64,000 nucleotides of DNA from Lingula anatina (lineage: Eukaryota; Animalia; Brachiopoda), in the NCBI GenBank assembly GCA_051362555.1, contig CM120643.1, positions 24,928,848-24,992,847 of the forward strand, written 5' to 3'. Under the pieces are notes generated by a model. The model had not been told where the DNA came from, made no database searches, and was given only the letters and a program-made list of their open reading frames with translations. The position numbers were made by a program, and so were the translations under genes. Shown one piece after another: positions 23,917 through 35,710 of the stretch. Numbering within the stretch: the stretch's first letter is position 1; each line of letters starts with the position of its first letter.

Positions 23917-26900
23917 TCACACAAATGATAAATGCGATGTGTTTATTTGGTCGCCTTCGCCTGGATCACTAAGTTGTATAAACGACACTCTTGCCGCGTT
24001 GCGTCCCATTGGTTCTGTTTGTACAGCAACGCTCTGTGAGGTCACGCCAAGTTGGGCAGAACTATCAGTGGTGCCATCTATCGTTTGCGTGGACACCTCA
24101 CGTTTCGTGCTTGGCGTCCCGTTAACGAAATGTACTTTCACATCCCCCTCACTTAATGAGCGTGTCTTAAATGGCGGCTTGTTCATTATTGTTCTTTCAT
24201 CTTCCAAGTCTCCGAGCCCATTTTGGTCATCCATTTCTTCTGATAGTTCAGGTATTGCGAACGACCTCTGAAGTAATCTAGACTTCGGTCGTGAAACCGG
24301 TTTGGCTGCCGCCATGGAATGGAGAGTATCTTGAACCTTGTTTAGAGAGTTCTGAAGTGCCCGGATAGAGCTAGAGACGCTGTTGTTGTTGCTGGGAGTT
24401 CGATCGCCGTCCTTGCGACCTTTAAAATTGTTGAGGACTTCAAATCTGAAGCTTGAGATGTCTTGTTTTAACTCTTCATTTGTCACTGAAATGAAACGCC
24501 ACAAACTTTACTATCACGTTTTATTGCGATTTGAATGTGCATGTTACTGCAAGCCATAATCGTACATTAACATTTGAACATAGGCCTACATGTAATCCTA
24601 AGCCATAATTATAGGTACATTTGAATAACATGCAATTGTTACCTCGCTCGTGCCCCAGCTATTTGCAAAGATAAAAACCCAAAGACCTATTGAACGGCGT
24701 CACACAGCTATTTCTGTCGTTTTGTTAATTAATTAATTAATTAATTATATTTTTATTTCTTTATTTGAGATCACTCTGTCCATTGTTCCATTATCATCAT
24801 TTTCGATTATTCCATTTTTGTTTTTATACAAACCCACCTTCTTTATCATCCTCCATAGCAGTCTCAAATATATAGCGTTTCACTATGGACCGCACAACTT
24901 TCTGGATAAATAAAGATTGTTTTACATGTTAGCAAAGTAATAGGCTTAGACAGGAGAAATCAAAAACAAATGTGGTCATTTTTAATGTTGATTTAATTGC
25001 AAAATCATTCTATATATGTACGGAAAATAAAATTCCAACTGAAACCCATTCTAATAACATTATTAGAATAATTGAACTAAACACCACTAAATACAAATAT
25101 ATAGATTATGATTTACATTTTTATGTCACTTTGCTTCATATAAAATTAGTTTTAATTTCAAAATATTAAGATTGCAGATAAAATAAGTAGCTAACTAGCA
25201 ATCTATATGCTACTCTACCTAACTTTAGAATCTATGTCTAAGGATCAATTTTTCTGCAACAGTGCAACAACAAGAAAAGCAAAAATTATAGATCAATATA
25301 AAGCAGCTAACTTTACTCATGAAATTTTCAAGGCACTCGGCAGCAATCAAATTTGAATGAAAGCAAGTTACAATAGAATGCTGACAACTAAGTAGCGCAT
25401 GTGCATTTCACAAAGATACACTCTGAAAAATATTTTTGTTTTTTTTTAAGCTTTAACCCGTTCCAACTTGTATGACGTCAGAGACGAGACGTACAAGTCT
25501 AAATCCGTCGTCACACGCTTTCCTCTCCCTTCCCTCTCACCGCTCAAAATAGAAAGAAAAACAACTTTGTTTTGTGAGTTACAATTTAAATGTTAAAGAG
25601 ACTGAAAACTTTCACTTTCACTGCACCCTCACTTAATTAATACTTATTAATACTTATTTCAAACTTAAAAATATAAAGATAAGCAAGGCAGAACAAATTG
25701 TCACAGTAGTTCAATTAATGTCATAGAAAAGCAAAACTGTGAAATATTAATTAATGAATGAAAAATCATTCAAAGTCTACAAAGCCTACATCATTGCTCC
25801 TTAAAGGCAGTAAATGAAATCTTGCGCCTGATATAGCCTAGCCAGGCATGCAGAGTGCATGTAGCAAGCAAATTTGCATCGCTTAAAAGTGAAGTACAGA
25901 CAGGAACACACGGAAGTGGTATTGCGTCACGCTTTGGACACGTGACTGGCCGGAAGCGTTATGACGTGGCAGAGTGATCCAAAATACTCACGTGAAGGAA
26001 TATGGGTCATGTTGTCCAAGGGATCATCTTTACTATACTGACACATTTATTATTCTATGACCTAACTTGTTTTTTCAGACGACATTGATCCACTCTGACA
26101 TTCGAGCCCCTAAGTGCTTGCCCTCATAACCACTAACTTTCAAAATTAGAACAACTTGCACCAAAATGCGTAACTTAAAACTGAAAAACATAATCCACAA
26201 ATCATGCATTCAAATAAAATTTGTTTTTCCTGCAAAAAAAATGAAATTAAAGTGCAACCGTTCACCAAATTGCATGTGTAGTCCATTCCATGACATGCTG
26301 CATGTGGAAATGAGTAGTGCGGATTTTAATTAAAGTGCGATTTCCCAATTGAAAAGGTAAAAAACGAGTTATTACAAATTCTAACTTTTTAAACATACAT
26401 GTTAGAAATAAAGGGTCGAAAATATGAAAAGAAACGTTTTATGAACAATGTAGTTAAAAAACCCCAAATTTTAAAGATATTAATATTCCAAATTCTAGAA
26501 ATACGCCATGCTCTTTTAGATATTGCGATAAAAGAAGATTGTGCGTTTCAATGTATTCAAGATATGCACTTACGGTGTGTGTATGTAAATATCCGTCTAT
26601 ATATTCCTATGTTGTTCATATACAAGACAACTTCTCACTATGAAGTAATGTTGTGTCGTCAGTTTAAACTGTTGAAGGTCTACCTCAAGGAAGCAGTCAC
26701 CTAAGTGCAATCCCCCATATGATACAGTCAAACTACACCGATCATTGTGCGTGTGTGTGTTAACATTTAGGAATTGCGTAGGTGCAAAATGGGGGATGTT
26801 TGCAAACTTCTGCCTCTTAAAAATAGACCAAAAACCGTTGGACAAAATACTTAAGCATGAATTGTTTAAACTCTTAAATCAAAATCGAGTTCTTTTTCAA

Positions 26901-29900
26901 TGAAAGATAATTCGATTGTGGTCCCTTATTGTAAAACAGGTGCAAAATTACATGTAATTGGACTACTACCTATCTGGACCCAAGTACACTTAATATTTGT
27001 TCTAAAAGATAAGGTCTGTTTTCGGGCTAAGGTGAATTTGTGACACAATTTTCCTTTAATTTCACAATCTCTCAAAGTGTTTAAGTAAAAAATAACTTCG
27101 TCTAAGTTAAAACTGATGGGAACAGTTCCTGGTGTGTTTTTGCACGCGCACGCGCGCACGTTTTAAAAAATGTGTGTGTGTGTGTGTGTGAGTGTGTTAA
27201 AAGGGTAACGTGGGTACAGGGCATCAGGGCAAGGAAAGTTTTAGGATCACCCTCTCACCGAGTATGTTAGCTTCAGCTCAGAACGAGGCTTGACGTCACT
27301 CACGTCACCGGCGTCCACATCCGCGTCCGCTTCTGCTTGGTCCTCCCCCTGTATTGACCCCTGCTGGGACCCCTGGTTGCTGTCTGCCCTTTCTACCTCA
27401 TCCAGACTGGGGAACTAGACGGAAATAACAATATTTATCACAATTTTTTAAGGCGCGGGTGAGGTTCTATACAAACAAGGATGTCGTAGCGCAGGTGATA
27501 TTGGTTTAGGTAAGGGAGCTTATTTAGGGCTGAGGAACACTTATATTACTTATATTATTATAATTGTACCATTAATCAGAATATAATTACCATGGGATAT
27601 ATTTAATGCTAAGAATATGTATGTGTCATTCTACATGGCTGGTGCCTCACAACGGATATTCATTGACTCAGAACACTGTCTCAATATAGTACTGGTACAA
27701 GCACGAGCGCACCATCTTTATTCTGGCATTGTGCTCGTCTTTTACGCACTTTGTTGAAGTTTTTCCTCAGTTTTGGTTCTATTCTTGGTGTCATGTCGTA
27801 GGCTTCGGATGTCGTCTCCACTGGCATGGTGCAAGCCTCACGAACTTCCTTCTCTACAGCCGCCCTGCAGAACTTTTCTCTGATTTGCCTGGTTAAAACA
27901 GTAAAAGTAAAGTGGCGTTCCATTATTTCAATTTCACCAGGTGAAGTTAAATACAGCACTTTAACCAAGTTGTCAAACGCTGGACTTGTATAATAATAAT
28001 AATAACAGTCAAGTATAAAACCAAATATAATACTTTAATTTGTTAAACAAAAAAAATAAATGTCACTCATATATTTTGCTAAAGTTTACTGGTCCTATAA
28101 GGATAAATATATATACAATCCTGAAACACATATACGTGATAATCAGCTGAATAATGATACTTTTTTAAGAACTGTCCGTGCCATATTAATAAGAACACCC
28201 ACCCTATGAACAACAGCACTAAATGCTTGATGGATTTAGGAGTTGGAAGAATATTGAAAGGAACCGGAAGTGTGGTGCCATCCTCTATGTACTCCATGAA
28301 CAGCTTGGAGCGGGCAAACTTCCACTCCATGTCCGCATCTTGCTACATGTAAGAGTGAACAAGATTGGTTAAATTAGTTGTACTACGTGTTAGAGACAAT
28401 ACGGTTGGCCAAACAATCACGTTATTCTTCGAAGATGATTACATTTTAATAATGCTGCGTATAGGCCTACACATATTCATTAGAGAGACAAAATACCTTA
28501 AGTCACATTAGTGTACATAGTGTAGATATGGAAATTAACTCGCTCATTTGCTACCATTTGTTTTACATTTCACGCACCTGTATCACCTCAAAGGACTTGG
28601 TCATCACAGCTATCAACATAGTCAGCAGTACTACCACAGTGGTCAGGTTGTACACGCCGTACATGATGTAACCCACGGACTCGGTGAAGACGGCGTCGTA
28701 TCCATTCAACTGGACCACCTGTGACTCTCCAAGACCAAATATGGCCCAGAACACCGTGCGGAACGTCAGCTCGAATCTTGAAAGAGAAAAAAAGATATAC
28801 CTTCAGGAGTCGAAACAGACGGTCGCCCACTCGCCAATGCGACTTAGAAACGTCCCGGGCGACTACCTGTCAGGGGTACTGGTCCGTTTTGGCGACCGCT
28901 GGAAAGTGCCGAACATCGTTGCCAAACCCACAGTCTGCGACGTTAAGCACTAGCCCGAGGCAATTGCCCACCTAAAGTGGCACCGGGCTAGTTGAAATTT
29001 TATAAAGCACTAGCTGTAATTTTGAACCTATTTTAACACTCAGTAAGATTTCAAAAATATGAGTCGCCAGTCTTCTTTGTCCCTGCCTCTAATTTGACGT
29101 TTCTAGAGAGTATGACATGCCTCTCAGTTGAAAAAACTCACACCTAGCTCAAACTACTGAATATTGATTAGTTGCTATAAATAACTTCACTGTAGTTATA
29201 AATAGTAGCAGTCTGTCTGATCAGCGTGTCGGCATCTTTTTATTTGACCAGTTTGTTGTCATGACTACAAATTGCCGTCAATCAAGAAACTGGATCAGAC
29301 CAGAATTCTTTGGTACTAGCAACAGGTTTTGTCAAAACAACCTTGTCTCCGAAGCAAGTGTAATGTATGCGTTATCTCATAGAACATTTAGGTTAGGACC
29401 ACTTAGCAGACTGAGGGGTGGAGTGTTCTATTTCCTTTTTTGTTTATATTTTTTATTTATAATTTTAATGTCCACGAGTAAATACATGGCAGTTACATAA
29501 ATACCCTATGAACTATTCTTGACAATGTGGGATAGTTCGGTTTATGCCATGGCTACCCCTCCACACTTTGTCCTCATAAAGTCCTTGAAAAGTTGTTTTT
29601 ACAAATATATAACCAAAAGAAATGTTACCAAAAAAATTGTAAGACGTTTGTTTAATTACCCTTACAGCACCTATCTATTTTAAATTAGAAGTGGCATTAT
29701 ATACCGATGTAATTGGAAATAAATTGTCAGAAAAGAGCCATTGTCAATAAAAAGAATGGGAATTTAAAAAAAAAGATTTGATTGCATATAAAAAATGGAA
29801 AAAAAGATATAATAAAAATATGAAAAGTAAGGGTAACTATATTCAGTATTACAAATTAAAAAAAAAAGAATTTTTTCAATATTTAAAGAATTAAATATAT

Positions 29901-32900
29901 TTTTAATTAATTTTACCACCCCATCAACTGGAAATTAACCTGATTGACTTTGTTATTCACTTGCTCTACTTCTATAATAAGGTTTAAGAAAGTACAGTAT
30001 GGTACCACAACTCTTTACAGCATCTGCTTAAACTTTTTAAATGAATTATTTAAATTGGGCTAGTGTTTTTTGGTTAGGGCTAGTAAAGTTTGAGAGAAGT
30101 TTTTTTCGTTTCGCGTTCAACCCCGGCAATTAAAATTAAATTAATTTTTTAAGATTAAAATATGGATATATGTAGAAGTTATATTTATTTCATAATAATT
30201 TTTTATATATCCATTTTATTTTTTATATATTATGATGATGATGAGCTAGCAGAAGAGGATGTGTACAAACAGTTAAAGGAACTGACTGGAATATGAATGT
30301 GTTTAGATAATCATATAGAAATAAAAATGGATGTTAAACATGTATGCGTTTTCGTTATATCTAGTAGCTTGAAACTACTCATTTTTAACGTAAAATTTTA
30401 CGGACCAGTACTTCTTGGTACGGACCAGTACCTCTAAGGTCCACTGGTCCGTATTGGCCAGTCCTGCCCAAATTCTGTTTTGACCCCTGACCTTTTAACT
30501 GGTAACATTTCAATTTTCGACAATGAAATCCAATAATGGTGCAATAGGCGCACGTTAGATACGATTACAGAATATTCGATATTTTTGTTTTTCCTATCTG
30601 TACAAAACGTTCTTCAACTATACTTTTAAACAGTCGCGAATTTTGTTTAGCATGATTCTTTGTTTTGTTTAGCATGATTCTTGTTTTCGAAATACAACTG
30701 AGCTTTAACTACACGATGAGCAAGCCTAGAACGCTTGTACAACTTTCCTTGCACATTGCCGGTTAACGATTTTGGTTAAATACTCGCTTACGTCCCAAAT
30801 CCTCCCTCGGCATTGGTCGTAACGTTTCTCTTCTCAATCTCTACCTCAAGGCGGACGCTGGGATTGAAGTACCAGTAGAGGTTCTGAAGGCCAACCATGA
30901 ACGCCAAGAACATCATCAGGAAGATGAACATGAACTTGGTGACACTCTGTAAGATAATTAAGGACAAGATATTCATCAGAATTTGGTCAATGACACAAAC
31001 AATAAAATGTGTTTCAATGTAATTTGGGTAAAAAATTGCTAAAACTACGAGTGAACGCCAATGTACTCACTGCGACATTTTAAAGTACCGTGGACTCACA
31101 GAATGGTCTTTACAGTAATGGGCTTTTAAATGGTCAAAATGGTTTTCAACTTGGTGGATGCTACTCCTTTGTAATGCCCCTATTTCACACAGACCACGAA
31201 TCCCACGAATGGCCATGAATTGACAAATTTCACGATTCGTGGTTGAATCGTAATCAGTTCGTGAAGTTCTTAACAGATTCGTATATATTCGTAGTCAGTT
31301 CTTGCGCTTCTTGACCAACAGGAATTGGTGGCAAAAACTATGATGCCCCTATTTCACACAGACCACGAATCCCACGAATATCCAGGAATTGAAAATTTCA
31401 GGATTCGTGGTTGAATCGTAATCAGTTCGTGAAGTTCTTGACAGATTCGTATATAATCGTAGTCAGTTCTTGCAATTCTTGATCAATCGGGAATTCGTGG
31501 CAAAAAATTTGAGCTGTTCAAAGTTTTGACCACGAACTCCCGATTCCCAAAAATCGTAGTGAATTTCTGGACAATATTCGTGCGATTCCAGCCGAATCCC
31601 ACGAATATTCGTAACAATATCGTACCTGTATCGTAACTGAATCGTGAGCGTATCGAATTAGACCAGAAAATTGGCAAAATCTCACGAATCCTCACGAATC
31701 CTGAAATTTGTCAATTCCTGGCGATTCGTGGGATTCGTGGTCTGTGTGAAATAGGGGCCTAAGCGGTTTTTGATTGGCAATTCCTACTACACAACATGCC
31801 CGTTTGTAAACTTTGATCCGTGTATATAAGAGAGTTAATTATAAACAATTTCGTCGAAATCGTAACCTCATACACGGACCAAACTGTGAAAATTAAAAGT
31901 TTTTACCTTCACCATTCGCCCGAGAGAGATCTGTGTTGGTCCGACCGTGGAATTCGCTGGTAACAGGGCAGATATACGAGAGAAACTCAGCACATTGGCT
32001 ATAGCAAACAATCCCTCGGAGATATAGAATGCATCGTATTTCTGCCACAAATAACGGTCTGAAAAAACAAAAGTCAATTCCAATAGAACAAGTCGATATT
32101 TAACTTTCAATTTTTTATAAAGAGCGCATGGTTGTAAAGATATACATTTACTAAGGTATTCAATTAATGATTTTCATCGTTGCACTTCGGTGTAGGTAGT
32201 TTTATCTGCACTGTAAAATCTAGAATTATGAAATTTGTTCACTTGATATGAAATCACACCAGAGCGTATCTTTTGTATTACGTAATGGCATTTTCAATCC
32301 ATTGTTTCAATCCATTGTTTCCCCTAAATTCTTGTCGACAAGTATTACCTGCTATAAGCCAGTAGAACTGATTCCTTGCCTCGACCTCCCCCACGTCCAA
32401 CTGATACCACTTATCTTCCGAGGCAAAATAACCAATGGCGTATTTTGTCTGAAATTTGATAATATTCACACTAATTATAGTGCATCTCATCATATTTGAG
32501 TTAAACAGTATACTAACATTTTTCTTATACATCCGACCACGGTATATAATTGACTTAACATGTGTGTAAACAAAAGTACTAATATTATTGTCGTAAAAAA
32601 CAAATGCTATGAAAGTGGAACTCGATATTCACCATAAGGAAATTATTACTAAAATTAAAGGAATAATATTATTCAATAAAATATACCTTTTCATAACAAA
32701 TGTATCTCAACGTGAAGGAGGTTATATAACACATAATCATACTGCTGTCGAGGATATTATACAATGACCACAGATACTCTCGAATCCCAAACTGGTAGAC
32801 CTGCTTACACTCTTGCCACAGCATGCCTGAAATGTCACGTGATATTGACGTACCAATTACGTGATAATGACGTAAAAATGAGCGTCAAAGAAGTATCCCC

Positions 32901-35618
32901 CTAGAAGACTGCAATCAATTTCATTGTCATCAAGTATTTGTATACTAAATAAAAAAATCAATAAAACCCTACTTGCGCATGTACTACCTTTCATCCTGCC
33001 TTTGAGATATGGCCTCTACGCTTTTGTAAATAATTTAGTTCGGAAATGTTTTATATCAGTACGTAAAAAAGTTTCCATAAATCATCACTGCACTATAGAT
33101 AACCGGGATAACCAACTAACTAAATTCTCCTTACCCACAATCCATATCACAATGAGTATCTCTAAAGAATCAGGCACGTGGGAACGCAGTATAAAATCAT
33201 CCGGATAACCCTTCGTTGTGGTGGACACATTCTTGTGGCGTAGGTAGTAGTCGTACTGCGGCTGGTAGTGGGAGAGTCTCCTTCCATTGGCAGGGTTGGC
33301 AGTCAGCGTGAACACCAGGATCATGGTGAGAAAGGTGACATAGGTCGTCGTGCTGGATATCATTTTTACAATGGGATACTTCAGGAACTTTCCCACCTAT
33401 TAAAGAGAAAAGATGTAATGTTCAATAAAAAGAAGATTTTTAACATTCTGTGAAAGGGATATGCCCATGTTCATGTAGCAAGTAATGCACAAATGCACTA
33501 GGACAATATTTGGCTAATAATGAATGTGGCACAAACATAGCACTTTTTTGAAACAAAACTAGAAAAAACTTTTTCTGTTGGCATTCACTTAAACTTGAAT
33601 TTCACCATACGTAGCAAACTTAATTATTGGTAAGAAACATTTTATTGTTACGGATTTTGATAGCACTGTCGATACTTTGCCCCTAATTCTCAAATATTTA
33701 TAAGACAATACAATAAAACAACGAATGTCAAAACAGTCAAATTCTTTCGAATATGCCATATGTAGGTCATGGAATGCAAAATTTCCTTAATTTGGTTCCA
33801 ACAATGTCCCGATAAATTTCTCTTTCAACTCACCCTGGAGTCTGGTGCGAAGATGTAGACAATGGCCAGCAGGGGATATAACAGGATGAGCAGTACCACG
33901 AACAGCACGCGGTAAAACCAGTTGTTGTGTTCTAAAATCTCACGGACGCCGTCGTACCAAATGCCGGTAAGTTTCTGTTGACAGAACGGATGTGTCACGA
34001 ACTAGAAAAAAGAACATTTGCAAAGATTATTAATTTTAATATGCAAAAGTTCTCAGATTACAGCAACAAAAAGTTTTGACCATCGACGAACAAAAATCTT
34101 TACAGCAGTTTTGTGGCAAGAATTCTAACTGTGAACACCAAAAATAAACACTAATACCAAAACACTTACAATTCCGGAAAATGTGTGTAACTCTTAATTT
34201 TCCATTCACAATCCATATTTTCAATACATTCTTAGAAAAACAGACATCATAGTGATTAGCAGCCCAACGTACTTTTATTGCAAATCTGACACTCCAAACG
34301 TAATTTGTTTTTGATGTCCAACTCTGTTCACAAAATGCGAACTAATCGATATCTCAAATGTGACCATTTTAATCAAGTACATTTTTATTATTCTCACCTT
34401 CTTTTCTAGATATATAATTGCCAATTTGAACCTGGCGAGTTTACTGTAGCGTTCCTTGGACGCTCTTCCGGTCTTGTTCAGAACAAGGTCCAGCTCGGCA
34501 CTGCTCCGCACGCGGTCCAACAGACGCACGACATACGTGCTCAGCTTGTCTGCTAGCTCTTTGTATTCATTCTGAAAAATAGTAAAACGATTATAATTTT
34601 TAAAAAAACTAATATAACAGATGTTTGGTCTTTTTACTCTTTCTCCTTTGCAGTGGAGATTATTTACAAGTTTTTTTCAGTTTCATGTAGATTTTATTGA
34701 TGAGCTTTTCAGTCTAACTTGTCATTTTTAATTTACCAGAAAGTTTAACATATCAAATCATATAATTTCATATGAAATTTTTAAAAAACTAGAAACCCCT
34801 ATGTGTTTGATGGCTTTTTCGACTAATGTTAACCTTAAAATGTCTTTCCATAGACGCCACTTCTCTCAACTCCTTGGCTAACTCAAATGCCGTCAAAATG
34901 GGATCTCTGCTAGCAAGCGAGATGTATGCCTCACTGGCTAACGACCGATAGCTTTCCAATCTCCGTATTCTGAATCTCAATTGGTCCTCTTTGGCCCCTT
35001 CTTTACAAGAACAACAATTACAGTAATAATGATGTGGTCGATGTATCCTCTCCCCTCGCATCAACAATAACTGGACAATTTCAAACCGATTGTGTTGTGC
35101 CGCCAACATCAGCGGAGTAATATCCATAGAGAATTGCGAATCGTCCGAGAGCACGTTGGAGACCCTTCGAGGCGCATGCGCGTGTTCTGCCACGTGGTTT
35201 TTGTCTGTGTTTTCACACTGCGAACCGTCCCGACTGTTTTGTTGTTTTGCATAGTAAAGGTAGGTTGGGTTTTTCAGAATTGTCTCTGCAATTTCTTGGT
35301 GTCCCAGTGTAATACATAGGAGCAATGCGTCGTACATGTCTCTGTATGTGCATCCTTGTTTGATCAGCAGTTCAGCGACCTGAAAAAATGAGGAAAAAAA
35401 AGATTTTTTTTATAAATCATACTAAAGATTTAAGTCCTTGCATTTTTCCTTTGGTGATATATATGAATGGCGCTCAAAGTTGGAATTGGCTTTCATTGCA
35501 TTTTGGCAGTCACATTCACTTACTGAACACAATACAGCCATAGTTACATTTTTAATGGTATACCCCATCCCACTATACCCAACACACACTCAAAAGAGTG
35601 ACCTGTACAGTCTTTGTG

Positions 35619-35710
<92 letters not shown>

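Noticed and set aside
25992-26596. Two exon-like segments (26596-26574 and 26037-25992) with strong donors in a TRPC intron
   Set aside because: The acceptors are weak and the joint frame contains a TGA; the flanking exons join in frame without them.
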